Shown in pieces: positions 10,631-19,889 of a stretch of 64,000 bases of DNA. The notes below the pieces were generated by a model. That model made no database searches and was not told the DNA's origin. It saw only the letters and a program-made list of their open reading frames with translations. The position numbers and the translations under genes are program-made. The stretch lies in the NCBI GenBank assembly GCA_001689515.1, contig LUJR01000039.1:83544-147543 (forward strand), written 5' to 3'. Every line of letters starts with the position of its first letter. The first letter of the stretch is position 1. The DNA is from Bacteroidales bacterium M7 (GTDB taxonomy: Bacteria; Bacteroidota; Bacteroidia; Bacteroidales; Muribaculaceae).

Positions 10631-11036
10631 CAGCATTGGGACATGCCATGGCATGTCCCAATGCTGTTGTATTAGACAATGATATGGAAAGATACGTCGG
10701 AGACGTATCCGTCGTGCATAACCCCATGCACGGAGCGTCAGCGAACGTTCATGGGGCTTCATGATACACCCAAAGAATCAACCTCGGAGAGGTTGGGACA
10801 CGCTTTCGCTCCTGCAATGTCTTTATCAAATTTTGCAATAAATCAATGATTTAGAAGCATGATCATGTGTGCCACAACCTCTCCGAGGTTGATTTGACTG
10901 ATGCATTCTATACCCCATGAACGTTCGCTAACGCTCCGTGCATGGGGTTATGCACGACGGATACGTCTCCGACGTGCCTCTACTATTGGATTCATTGTAC
11001 ATATCTGATTCAACAGCATTGTGGCATGTCCCTACA
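10631..11036. repeat. Nested palindromic intergenic element (REP/MITE-like)
   Basis: Contains a perfect 36-bp palindrome at 10631-10666. A 63-bp inverted repeat pairs 10694-10756 with 10913-10975 (1 mismatch). A 19-bp inverted repeat pairs 10777-10795 with 10875-10893. The right end shares ggcatgtccctaca with 30857-30870. Confidence 0.85.
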
Positions 11037-11045
11037 ATCTGACAA

Positions 11046-12215
11046 TCAGTCGGTGGTGTCATAGAGGTGGGTGAGGATGTCGATGTCGGGCTGGGTGAGG
11101 GTGACGTGGCGGCGCGACATGACTATGCGGGCGGTGTCAATGAGGTCGTCAAGGTTACACTTGGTCATCTTTATCGGAGAGCCGAAACTGAACGACGGAA
11201 TGTAGGTGCGTGGGAAGCCTGCGCCGAAGAAGTTGACACCTACGCCTACGGTGGTGGCTGTGTTGAGCGAGGTATTGATGGCAAGCTTGGAATAATCACC
11301 CATGATAAGACCACAGAACTGCTCGTCGGTCTTGACAAACCCGTTTTTCTGATAGCTCCACACCTTGATTTTGGCGTAATTGTTTTTGAGGTTTGACGAG
11401 GTGGCGGCAGCCCCGATATTGCACCACTCCCCTACCACGGCGTTGAGAAGCACACCATCGTGAGCCTTATTGGTATAACCTTGGATGACAGCATTAGCCA
11501 ATTCACCAGCCACACGGCACTGCGGACCTACGGTAGTGTCCTCGTAGATCATCGTATTCATCTTGACCTTGGAATCAGCCATGATGGCAATCGGACCGCG
11601 CAGACGTGAGCCTTCCATGATTTCTACGCCTTTGCCGATATATATGGGTCCATGCTTGACATTAAACGATGCGCACTCTATCTCGCACCCCTCCTCTATG
11701 AAGAGCTGCGAGCGGTCACCGATGACCACGTTAGTGTCGCTTAGCTGAGCACTCGTTGCTCCATCGGTCAAGATACGGAAATCATTGCGTATCTCATCAC
11801 CATTGAGTTTGAATATGTCAATGACCGTAGATATTGACTTCACATCTATAGGTGCAGTCTGTTTCGAACCTTTCTTGAAATCGTCAAGTGACCCACGGAA
11901 CGCTATCACCGAATCATCCTTGGCATCAGTCAAAGCCTGTCCCTCCTCAAGCATAGGAATCATCGCCACCAGACGAGGATCCGGAAACACATCGCCAGCG
12001 ATAAACAGATTGTTGCTGTCAGACCGATTGGTGATACCATACTTGACAGCAAGATAGTCCTGAGTCAGCCAGCTGTATGTGCCGTGGAGCATACGCTCCC
12101 ACTTCTGGCGCATGGTAAGCGCGCCTACGCGGATGTCGCCTACAGGGCGTGTGAATGTCAACGGAAGCAGCCCTGTACGAGCCGGTTCACGGTCAAATAG
12201 AATGACGTTTTCCAT
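11046..12215 (-). CDS. GlmU-family putative sugar nucleotidyltransferase / hexapeptide-repeat acyltransferase
   Basis: 389 aa. The N-terminus FDREPARTGLLPLTFTRPVGDIRVG and the left-handed beta-helix style repeats resemble Bacteroidota GlmU-family proteins. Confidence 0.7.
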   Translation of the reverse strand: MENVILFDREPARTGLLPLTFTRPVGDIRVGALTMRQKWERMLHGTYSWLTQDYLAVKYGITNRSDSNNLFIAGDVFPDPRLVAMIPMLEEGQALTDAKDDSVIAFRGSLDDFKKGSKQTAPIDVKSISTVIDIFKLNGDEIRNDFRILTDGATSAQLSDTNVVIGDRSQLFIEEGCEIECASFNVKHGPIYIGKGVEIMEGSRLRGPIAIMADSKVKMNTMIYEDTTVGPQCRVAGELANAVIQGYTNKAHDGVLLNAVVGEWCNIGAAATSSNLKNNYAKIKVWSYQKNGFVKTDEQFCGLIMGDYSKLAINTSLNTATTVGVGVNFFGAGFPRTYIPSFSFGSPIKMTKCNLDDLIDTARIVMSRRHVTLTQPDIDILTHLYDTTD

Positions 12216-12250
12216 GAATCAATATTTTAAAGGTTTATTAATCAATGTGT

Positions 12251-13657
12251 TTAGTCTTCATCTTCGTCGTCCACTGTCTTAGGCAAAGTCATATGCAGAA
12301 GCAGAAAACCAAGTATGCCTGCAAGGAAAGACCCTACAACGATACCGATTTTGGCATGGTTTAGCAAATCAACACTGGCGGCATCTGCCCCCGGGAAACT
12401 AAGATTGGCAATAAAGAGACTTACGGTAAAACCGATACCTCCAAGGACTGCCACAGAAGCCATCATCTTCCAATTGGAACGCGAAGGCATCGGAGCCCAT
12501 CCGAGTTTGACCGTAAGCCATGAGAAAGCGAAAATGCCGAGGAACTTGCCCAATACAAGTCCGCATATGATGGCGAGCGAGATGCCCTCGATGATGGTGA
12601 CAGGGGCAATATTGAGAAGGAATATACCAGCATTGGCAAATGCGAACACTGGTATGATGATATATGTGACTACAGGATGCAAAGAGTCCTCAAGGTCCTG
12701 AAGCGGCGATATAACCTTGTCCGAAGCATGCTCCACCTGCTTGAGCCAAGCCATCTGCTCATGGTTGAGAATGGTCTTCTGGGTGAGTTGCTCGTCAGCC
12801 TCATCCTTGAAATTGGATATTGCCGTGCGTATCATCTGGATATATTTCTTAGGCTCAAACACCGGCGTGGCTGGCACACAGAATGCCACAAGGACACCGG
12901 CAATAGTAGGATGTATGCCCGAATTGAGGAACAGGAACCATACCACGCCACCTATGCCTATATAGAAAATCTTGCTCTGGATGTGCATCTTCGAACCTAA
13001 CAGAAGCAGCACAAGCAGTCCGACGGCATAGAGCAGCAACATCGCATCAATATGTCCGCTATAGAACACCGCGATGACTATGATGCCACCTATATCATCC
13101 ACCACAGCAAGTGTAGTCAGAAATATTTTAAGTGAAAGCGGCACTCGTTTTCCAAGCATGGCAAGCACACCAAGCGAAAACGCGATGTCCGTAGCCATCG
13201 GTATAGCCGCTCCACCTGCATAGGGAGTCCCATGAGCAAACAGGAAGAAAATCAATACCGGGGCTATCATACCGCCTATGGCACCCATGATAGGAAGAAA
13301 TGCCTGACGGAACGATGACAGTTCACCGACCAGCACCTCTCGCTTGATTTCGAGTCCTATAGAGAAGAAAAACACAGCCATGAGCGCATCATTGATAAAA
13401 GCAAGCATGCTCATGGGCTGTCCGTGGTGGCTGAAGAGATTGAAGTCTCCTACTTGCAGCCGCACCTCTTGGGTCCAGAATTCATTGTAATATTCATTTA
13501 TGCCGGGAATATTTGCTACAATCAAGGCAAGACCTGTGGCAAAAAGCAGCACGTTACCAGCTGTAGCATGACGACGCAGCGCCTGACGTGTGGAGTAGAA
13601 CACCTTGTGTGTCAGTGTAGCCGAAGCATCGCGCAATAAGTTTGAATTAATGGTCAT
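12251..13657 (-). CDS. nhaA: Na+/H+ antiporter NhaA
   Basis: 468-aa polytopic protein with ATDIAF and VVDDIGG motifs characteristic of NhaA. Confidence 0.9.
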   Translation of the reverse strand: MTINSNLLRDASATLTHKVFYSTRQALRRHATAGNVLLFATGLALIVANIPGINEYYNEFWTQEVRLQVGDFNLFSHHGQPMSMLAFINDALMAVFFFSIGLEIKREVLVGELSSFRQAFLPIMGAIGGMIAPVLIFFLFAHGTPYAGGAAIPMATDIAFSLGVLAMLGKRVPLSLKIFLTTLAVVDDIGGIIVIAVFYSGHIDAMLLLYAVGLLVLLLLGSKMHIQSKIFYIGIGGVVWFLFLNSGIHPTIAGVLVAFCVPATPVFEPKKYIQMIRTAISNFKDEADEQLTQKTILNHEQMAWLKQVEHASDKVISPLQDLEDSLHPVVTYIIIPVFAFANAGIFLLNIAPVTIIEGISLAIICGLVLGKFLGIFAFSWLTVKLGWAPMPSRSNWKMMASVAVLGGIGFTVSLFIANLSFPGADAASVDLLNHAKIGIVVGSFLAGILGFLLLHMTLPKTVDDEDED

Positions 13658-13816
13658 CTGTGTGATTTTAGTTGATAATCAGGATAATTCATATCTCAGG
13701 TTATCACAATCCCGAGACATAGTCAAGTTTTGTATTAATGACAGCAATTGCCATCAATTTGGTTATACTTCGTAAATTTATGACAAAGGTACTAAAAAAG
13801 CATGACGTTTTTTGCG

Positions 13817-13824
13817 TATCTTTG
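13817..13824 (+). promoter_or_regulatory. Candidate -7 box (TATCTTTG)
   Basis: Matches TAnnTTTG 46 nt upstream of the ATG at 13870. Confidence 0.45.
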
Positions 13825-13869
13825 TGGAAACCTTTACCAAAGGGTTATAATGATACCTGAAAACGGAGC

Positions 13870-16848
13870 ATGAACGAAGAAACATTAAACCAATTATATC
13901 TTAAAGATACAGCTTTTCAGGACCTGATGCAGCGGCGCATATTCAATGTGCTGCTGATAGCGTCGCCATATGATGCTTTCATGATGGAAGACGACGGCAG
14001 AGTCGAGGAACAGCTGTTTTTCGAATACGTCTCGCTCAACCTGTCAAGTCCGCCGCGTGTCACCAAAGCCCGCTCCAACGCGGAAGCCATGGAGAAACTC
14101 TCCCAGAACAAATTTGACATGGTTATAACCATGCCGGGTGTCGACATATCCGAGACATTCACCGGCGCACGAGCCATCAAAGCACTTTATCCCGACCTTC
14201 CCATCGTGGTGCTTACACCGTTCAGCAAAGAAGTATCGCGCCGTCTCGCCAACGAGGATCTCAGCTGCGTGGACTATGTGTTTTCATGGCTCGGCAACGT
14301 AGATCTTCTCCTCGCCATCATCAAGCTGATGGAGGATAAAGCCAATGCCGAAAACGATGTTAACAATGTCGGCGTACAGATGATAATGCTCGTCGAGGAC
14401 TCCGTGAGATTCTATTCGTCAGCTCTGCCACACCTATATAAATTCCTGTTCAAGCAGTCACGCCTCTTTGCCACCGAAGCGCTCAACGAGCATGAGCAGA
14501 TGCTTCGCATGCGCGGCAGACCCAAAGTGATGCTGGCGCGTAACTACGAGGAAGCAGTGGAACTATATGAGAAATATGGCCACAACATGCTTGGAGTCAT
14601 CAGCGACATATCCTTCAAGCGCGATGGCATCAAAGACACGCATGCCGGCATCAGACTCACGGAGTACCTGAGGGAGAAAGACCCTATGCTCCCTGTCATT
14701 CTTGAATCAAGCGACAGCGAGAACAAGGACATCGTCAAAAATCTCGGGCATCAGTTTATCGACAAGAACAGCAAGAAATTCCCGGTAGACCTCGGAGATG
14801 CCATCATGACCACCTTCGGCTTCGGCGATTTCATACTACGCAACCCTGCCACAGGCGAGGAGATCATGCGCATTACATCGCTTAAAGATATGCAGTACAA
14901 TATCTTTAAGATACCCGACGAGACGCTATTCTACCACTCCCGCCACAATGACATATCCCGCTGGCTCTACAGCCGCGCCCTCTTTCCCATCGCCGATATA
15001 ATCAAGGAGCACCGTTTTCAGGACCTCAGCGAAGCCCCTGCTGTCAAGCAGCTCTTTTTTGACCTCATAGTCAAGTACCGCAAGATGAAAAACCGTGGCG
15101 TAGTGGCTGTGTTCAAAAAAGGACGGTTTGACAAATACAGCAATTTCGCCCGTATCGGACAAGGCTCTCTCGGAGGCAAAGGCCGCGGTCTGGCATTCAT
15201 CGACTCGATAATAAAGCGTAATCCGGTCTGCGACGATTTCGACGGCATCACCATCAGCATCCCGCGCACGGTCGTGCTCTGCACCGACGTGTTCGACGAG
15301 TTCATGACGAGCAACAACCTCTACCCTCTCGCCCTGAGCGATGCACCCGATGCCGAGATACTGCACCACTTCCTGCAGGCGCGTCTGCCCGAATACCTGA
15401 TTGAGGATTTCTTCGCCCTGTTTGAGGTGATTGACAAGCCTCTTGCCATTCGCAGTTCCAGTCTGCTTGAAGACTCTCATTACCAGCCGTTTGCAGGCAT
15501 ATACTCCACCTACATGATACCCCATGTGCATGACAAGTACGAGATGCTGCGTCTGCTCAGCTGCGCCATCAAGGGAGTATACGCCTCGGTGTATTTCGCC
15601 GACAGCAAGGCTTACATGACTGCCACGAGCAATGTCATCGACCAGGAGAAGATGGCTGTGATTATACAGGAGGTAATCGGAAAGGATGTCGAGGGCATGT
15701 ATTTCCCTTCATTCTCAGGTGTCGGACGGTCGCTCAACTACTATCCCATCAACGACGAGAAACCAGAGGACGGCGTAGCAGAGATAGCCGTAGGTTTGGG
15801 CAAATATATCGTGGACGGAGGCGCCGGACTGAGATTTTCGCCGCTTCACCCCGAGAAGGTACTCCAGACATCAGAGCTTGACCTCGCTCTCCGCGACACC
15901 CAACGCCGCATGAACGCCCTTGACATGGCGAACGTGGACGCTGACTTCAATGTGGACGACGGTTTCAACCTCCTCAACCTAAAAGTGCAGGACATAGCCG
16001 AGAAAGGCGCACTGAAATACCTCGTCTCCACATATGACCACAACAACGCCATGCTGCGTGACACCGATGCCGGTACTGGCCGCAAGGTGGTTACATTCAA
16101 CAACGTCTTGAAACACGGTGTATTCCCCCTTGCCAAAGCCGTCGACTTCATGCTCACCAAAGGGAGCCAGGAGATGGCACGCCCGGTAGAAATAGAGTTT
16201 GCCGGAATAGTGGAGCCTGACGCATCCACCAAGGAACGTCACAAAGGACAACTGTTTTGGCTACAGATACGCCCTATAGTCGACCGCAAAGAGCTTGTAG
16301 ATGACTCCATGATGGCAGCCAAGGATGAAGATGTGCTGCTGCGCAGCCACACCGCTCTCGGACATGGCAATGTCGAGGGAGTTCGCACAGTGGTGTACAT
16401 ACGCCCCGAACAGTTCTCATCAAGCCGCAACGATTTCATAGCCCGCGAAGTCGCCAAAATAAATCAGGAAATGGTAGAGCGTGGCGAAGGCTATATACTC
16501 ATAGGTCCGGGTCGCTGGGGTTCAAGCGACACAGCCCTCGGCATACCTGTAAAATGGCCACATATAGCCGGAGCGAAACTGATAGTAGAGTCATCGCTGC
16601 CCGGCTACCGCATAGAACCGAGTCAAGGCACACATTTCTTCCAGAACCTCACATCATTCGGAGTAGGATATTTTACAATAGACACACGCCGAGAGACAGG
16701 TTTTGTAGACTATGACCTGCTCAATTTGATGCCAGCCGCCTATGAGAGCGACAACATACGCATCGTCAGATTCGACTCCGCACTTCCTATAGGCATCAAC
16801 GGCATGAAGGGCGAAGGCGTTGTGCTTAAACCTGTCACAAATCATTAA
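13870..16848 (+). CDS. PEP/pyruvate-binding domain protein (PpsA/PPDK N-domain-like) with N-terminal receiver-like modules
   Basis: 992 aa. The GGKGRGLAF nucleotide-binding motif resembles the PEP synthase ATP-grasp domain. The N-terminal ~300 aa look like two CheY-fold modules. Confidence 0.8.
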   Translation: MNEETLNQLYLKDTAFQDLMQRRIFNVLLIASPYDAFMMEDDGRVEEQLFFEYVSLNLSSPPRVTKARSNAEAMEKLSQNKFDMVITMPGVDISETFTGARAIKALYPDLPIVVLTPFSKEVSRRLANEDLSCVDYVFSWLGNVDLLLAIIKLMEDKANAENDVNNVGVQMIMLVEDSVRFYSSALPHLYKFLFKQSRLFATEALNEHEQMLRMRGRPKVMLARNYEEAVELYEKYGHNMLGVISDISFKRDGIKDTHAGIRLTEYLREKDPMLPVILESSDSENKDIVKNLGHQFIDKNSKKFPVDLGDAIMTTFGFGDFILRNPATGEEIMRITSLKDMQYNIFKIPDETLFYHSRHNDISRWLYSRALFPIADIIKEHRFQDLSEAPAVKQLFFDLIVKYRKMKNRGVVAVFKKGRFDKYSNFARIGQGSLGGKGRGLAFIDSIIKRNPVCDDFDGITISIPRTVVLCTDVFDEFMTSNNLYPLALSDAPDAEILHHFLQARLPEYLIEDFFALFEVIDKPLAIRSSSLLEDSHYQPFAGIYSTYMIPHVHDKYEMLRLLSCAIKGVYASVYFADSKAYMTATSNVIDQEKMAVIIQEVIGKDVEGMYFPSFSGVGRSLNYYPINDEKPEDGVAEIAVGLGKYIVDGGAGLRFSPLHPEKVLQTSELDLALRDTQRRMNALDMANVDADFNVDDGFNLLNLKVQDIAEKGALKYLVSTYDHNNAMLRDTDAGTGRKVVTFNNVLKHGVFPLAKAVDFMLTKGSQEMARPVEIEFAGIVEPDASTKERHKGQLFWLQIRPIVDRKELVDDSMMAAKDEDVLLRSHTALGHGNVEGVRTVVYIRPEQFSSSRNDFIAREVAKINQEMVERGEGYILIGPGRWGSSDTALGIPVKWPHIAGAKLIVESSLPGYRIEPSQGTHFFQNLTSFGVGYFTIDTRRETGFVDYDLLNLMPAAYESDNIRIVRFDSALPIGINGMKGEGVVLKPVTNH

Positions 16849-16863
16849 AACAGAAAGAAACTA

Positions 16864-17514
16864 ATGGCACTGATATACTTTGTGAAGCGCGCTCTCGGAT
16901 TTGACAACACCGATGACGAGACAGAAGATGAAATTGACAATCCGTTTATCAAGGCTACCAAGACATCAGATGAAACAGCCGAACGTGCACTACTCCCGAC
17001 ACAGGCATCCACTTCTGCGATGAAGGCTGACGATGATGACCGGTCTGAATCCGAGATGCCTCTTGTCGACGCTTCCCTCCCGGGCTGTATATTTGACTCG
17101 GTCATCAGACTGTTTAACCGTACGATGCCAGATTTTGTCAGAGAATGCCTCGACACCGACAGCCAGCGGCAATATCTCTACCATGCGATAGAGAGTGACG
17201 TGCGCCGTCAGATGATACGCGTCGTGGAAGAAGTCAAGCTCCATGCCGTCAAATCATCCGATGCTTCTAAGGAGACTTTGCCCGATACTATTGCAACTGA
17301 CAACTACAAACGGCAACTCCGCACGTCATACAACAACTTCCGCCGCGAAAAAGAAGCCTTGGAGCGACGCATCATAGAGCTGGAAAACTCGCTGCATACT
17401 GCCAATGACGAAAACTCCCGTCTGCAAAACGAGATAACCATGCTCAACCGACGCATACGCCGTTCGAAGAGCAAGTCTCCTATCGACGATGACTTGCAGC
17501 CATCATTGTTCTGA
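16864..17514 (+). CDS. Hypothetical protein with acidic N-terminal half and C-terminal coiled coil
   Basis: 216-aa ORF tightly spaced after the upstream gene. Heptad-like region EKEALERRIIELENSLHTANDENSRLQNEITMLNRRI. Confidence 0.6.
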   Translation: MALIYFVKRALGFDNTDDETEDEIDNPFIKATKTSDETAERALLPTQASTSAMKADDDDRSESEMPLVDASLPGCIFDSVIRLFNRTMPDFVRECLDTDSQRQYLYHAIESDVRRQMIRVVEEVKLHAVKSSDASKETLPDTIATDNYKRQLRTSYNNFRREKEALERRIIELENSLHTANDENSRLQNEITMLNRRIRRSKSKSPIDDDLQPSLF

Positions 17515-17657
17515 TATACACGTAAATACCGCAGTCAGGCAATATACTGATTCATTGTTACTCATTAAATTTGCCCGCTGCATATTGAACAATCATATCA
17601 TCAAATACATTTAAGCATCAAAGCGGCGTGACTGCCGTCTCAAAAGGTTATATTAAT

Positions 17658-19853
17658 ATGAAGCTAAATTCCCGCCATAGGCTATACGCTCTGATAGCCG
17701 GCTCACTGATATGTGCCGCCTCTGCCTCCGAGGTATCTGCTATTGATCTGTCTGATTGCGTATATCCTGGCAATCTGCCTGCATATTCAGCTCCTGACAT
17801 ACAGTTTCTCCCTGATGGTGCATCATATGCCATGCTTAGTGCCGACGGCAAACGCATCATCAAATATGACTGCAAGACAGCCACTGAAACAGGTGTCATA
17901 TTGGATATCGACAATACCCGCGAAAACACCATCGGACGCATCGAAGCCTACACCATCAGTCCTGACGGCTCAAAGGTCCTTGTCAAAACCGACAGCCGCC
18001 CCATCTACCGCCGAAGCTCGTCAGGAAAATATTTCTTCTATGAAATCAGAAGCCGCCTTCTGAAAAAGCTGTCAGACAATCATGAGCGTCAGCAGTCACC
18101 CGTCTTTTCACCTGACGGACGCATGGTGGCTTTTGTCGATTCCAATAATATATACATCAAAAAACTTGATTATGGCACGGAAGTAGCTGTAACCACTGAC
18201 GGACTTAAAAACAGCATCATCAACGGCGTCCCCGACTGGACTTACGAAGAAGAGTTCGGCGAAACATGCTCGATGGTATGGACGGCTGACAACTCGACCC
18301 TCTGCTACCTGAAGTACGACGAAACAGATGTGCCGCTATATAATCTGCCCATATACGAAGGTGCATGCTCTCCGCGCAAGGAATACAGCCTCTATCCCGG
18401 TACTCTCAGTTACAAATATCCCGTTGCAGGTCAGCCTAACTCGCGTCTGACTCTGCATAGTTATGACATCGAGACACGCAAGAACAAGTCCATAGCCCTC
18501 GGCAACGGCTCATACGAATATATTCCGCGCATCTATTCAACCCCTGAGGCTGACAAGATTCTTGCTGTGACCCTCAACCGTGACCAGAATCGCATGGAAA
18601 TCTATTCCGTCAATCCCAAGTCGACTCTCAGCAGTTCAATTTACGTAGACCAGACACAAAATGCCTGGATAGAGCCTGATGCCTACGAAGCACTACGCAT
18701 AATGCCTCAGTCGTTTATCTTGAGTTCGTCACGCTCAGGCTACCGGCACTATTACGAATACAGCTACTCAGGAGCACTGATCAAGCAGATTACATCGGGA
18801 GACTACGATGTCACAGCCCTGTTGGGATATGATTCTGACAGTCAGACATATTACATGCAGTCATGCCGTAATGGTGCAGTCAACCGCACCATCAGCTCCA
18901 TAGACCGCAAAGGTCAGATTAAAGACATGTCGCCGGTCAAAGGCTGCGCGTCAGCCGTATTCTCTCCCGATGCCAAATATTATCTTGAGAGCTACAGCAG
19001 TCTGTCACAAGCACCATCATACGTCCTCAAATCATCAAAAGGCAAGGAAATCAAGACATTCGGCGATAACTCATCATACGCTCAGAGATACTCGTCGCTT
19101 CCTCGTCAGGATATCGCCACCATCGATGTCAACGGCATCACACTCAATGCCCTCATAGTCAAACCGTCAGATATGATGTCTGGCAAGAGATATCCCCTGA
19201 TTATCAACCAATACAGTGGTCCTGGCTCTCAGGAAGTCCTTGACCGCTGGACAGCGGACTGGACCCGCTACTTCGCATCACGAGGATACGTCATAGCCAC
19301 CATAGACCCGCGTGGCACCGGAGGACGTGGCAGAGCATTCATGGACGCGGTGTACTGCAAACTCGGCATCACAGAAGCCTCAGACCTGATTGCAGCCGCA
19401 AAATCACTGTCAAACATGGACTATATAGATGCAAACCGCATAGGCATATACGGATGGAGCTATGGCGGTTATGAAGCACTCATGTGCGCCACCGCCCCGC
19501 AGTCACCCTTCAAAGCCACTGTAGCCGTGGCACCGGTCACTGACTGGAGATACTATGACACGGCATATACCGAACGATACATGCGTACTCCCCAGCAGAA
19601 CGAGACCGGATACGACACATCAGCACCTCTCAACCGCATAGACAATCTAAATGGTAATCTGCTCATGATGTGGGGCACTCTTGATGACAACGTACACCCT
19701 GCCAACAGTCTGGAGTTCATATCCCGCATGCAGATGCATGGGAAGTATCCTCAGATACTGGTTTTCCCTAATCAGAACCATTCTATCAACGGCTGCGAAC
19801 TTCGGGAAGTCGTATATAGCCGCATGCTTGATTTCTTTGACTCCAACATGTAA
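17658..19853 (+). CDS. Dipeptidyl peptidase IV (S9B prolyl oligopeptidase family), secreted
   Basis: Catalytic motif GWSYGG, a DPP-IV N-terminal beta-propeller-like region, and a signal peptide starting at the ATG at 17658. The track ORF begins at an upstream GTG at 17628. Confidence 0.9.
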   Translation: MKLNSRHRLYALIAGSLICAASASEVSAIDLSDCVYPGNLPAYSAPDIQFLPDGASYAMLSADGKRIIKYDCKTATETGVILDIDNTRENTIGRIEAYTISPDGSKVLVKTDSRPIYRRSSSGKYFFYEIRSRLLKKLSDNHERQQSPVFSPDGRMVAFVDSNNIYIKKLDYGTEVAVTTDGLKNSIINGVPDWTYEEEFGETCSMVWTADNSTLCYLKYDETDVPLYNLPIYEGACSPRKEYSLYPGTLSYKYPVAGQPNSRLTLHSYDIETRKNKSIALGNGSYEYIPRIYSTPEADKILAVTLNRDQNRMEIYSVNPKSTLSSSIYVDQTQNAWIEPDAYEALRIMPQSFILSSSRSGYRHYYEYSYSGALIKQITSGDYDVTALLGYDSDSQTYYMQSCRNGAVNRTISSIDRKGQIKDMSPVKGCASAVFSPDAKYYLESYSSLSQAPSYVLKSSKGKEIKTFGDNSSYAQRYSSLPRQDIATIDVNGITLNALIVKPSDMMSGKRYPLIINQYSGPGSQEVLDRWTADWTRYFASRGYVIATIDPRGTGGRGRAFMDAVYCKLGITEASDLIAAAKSLSNMDYIDANRIGIYGWSYGGYEALMCATAPQSPFKATVAVAPVTDWRYYDTAYTERYMRTPQQNETGYDTSAPLNRIDNLNGNLLMMWGTLDDNVHPANSLEFISRMQMHGKYPQILVFPNQNHSINGCELREVVYSRMLDFFDSNM

Positions 19854-19889
19854 TCCACTTATTAAAGCCTGCACTACCACCAACAAGTC

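Noticed and set aside
10570-10764. Two mirror-image ORFs of 61-64 aa (10570-10764 plus strand, 10577-10762 minus strand), and a similar ORF at 30792-30974.
   Set aside because: They lie inside palindromic repeat elements. Open frames on both strands are a by-product of the inverted-repeat symmetry.
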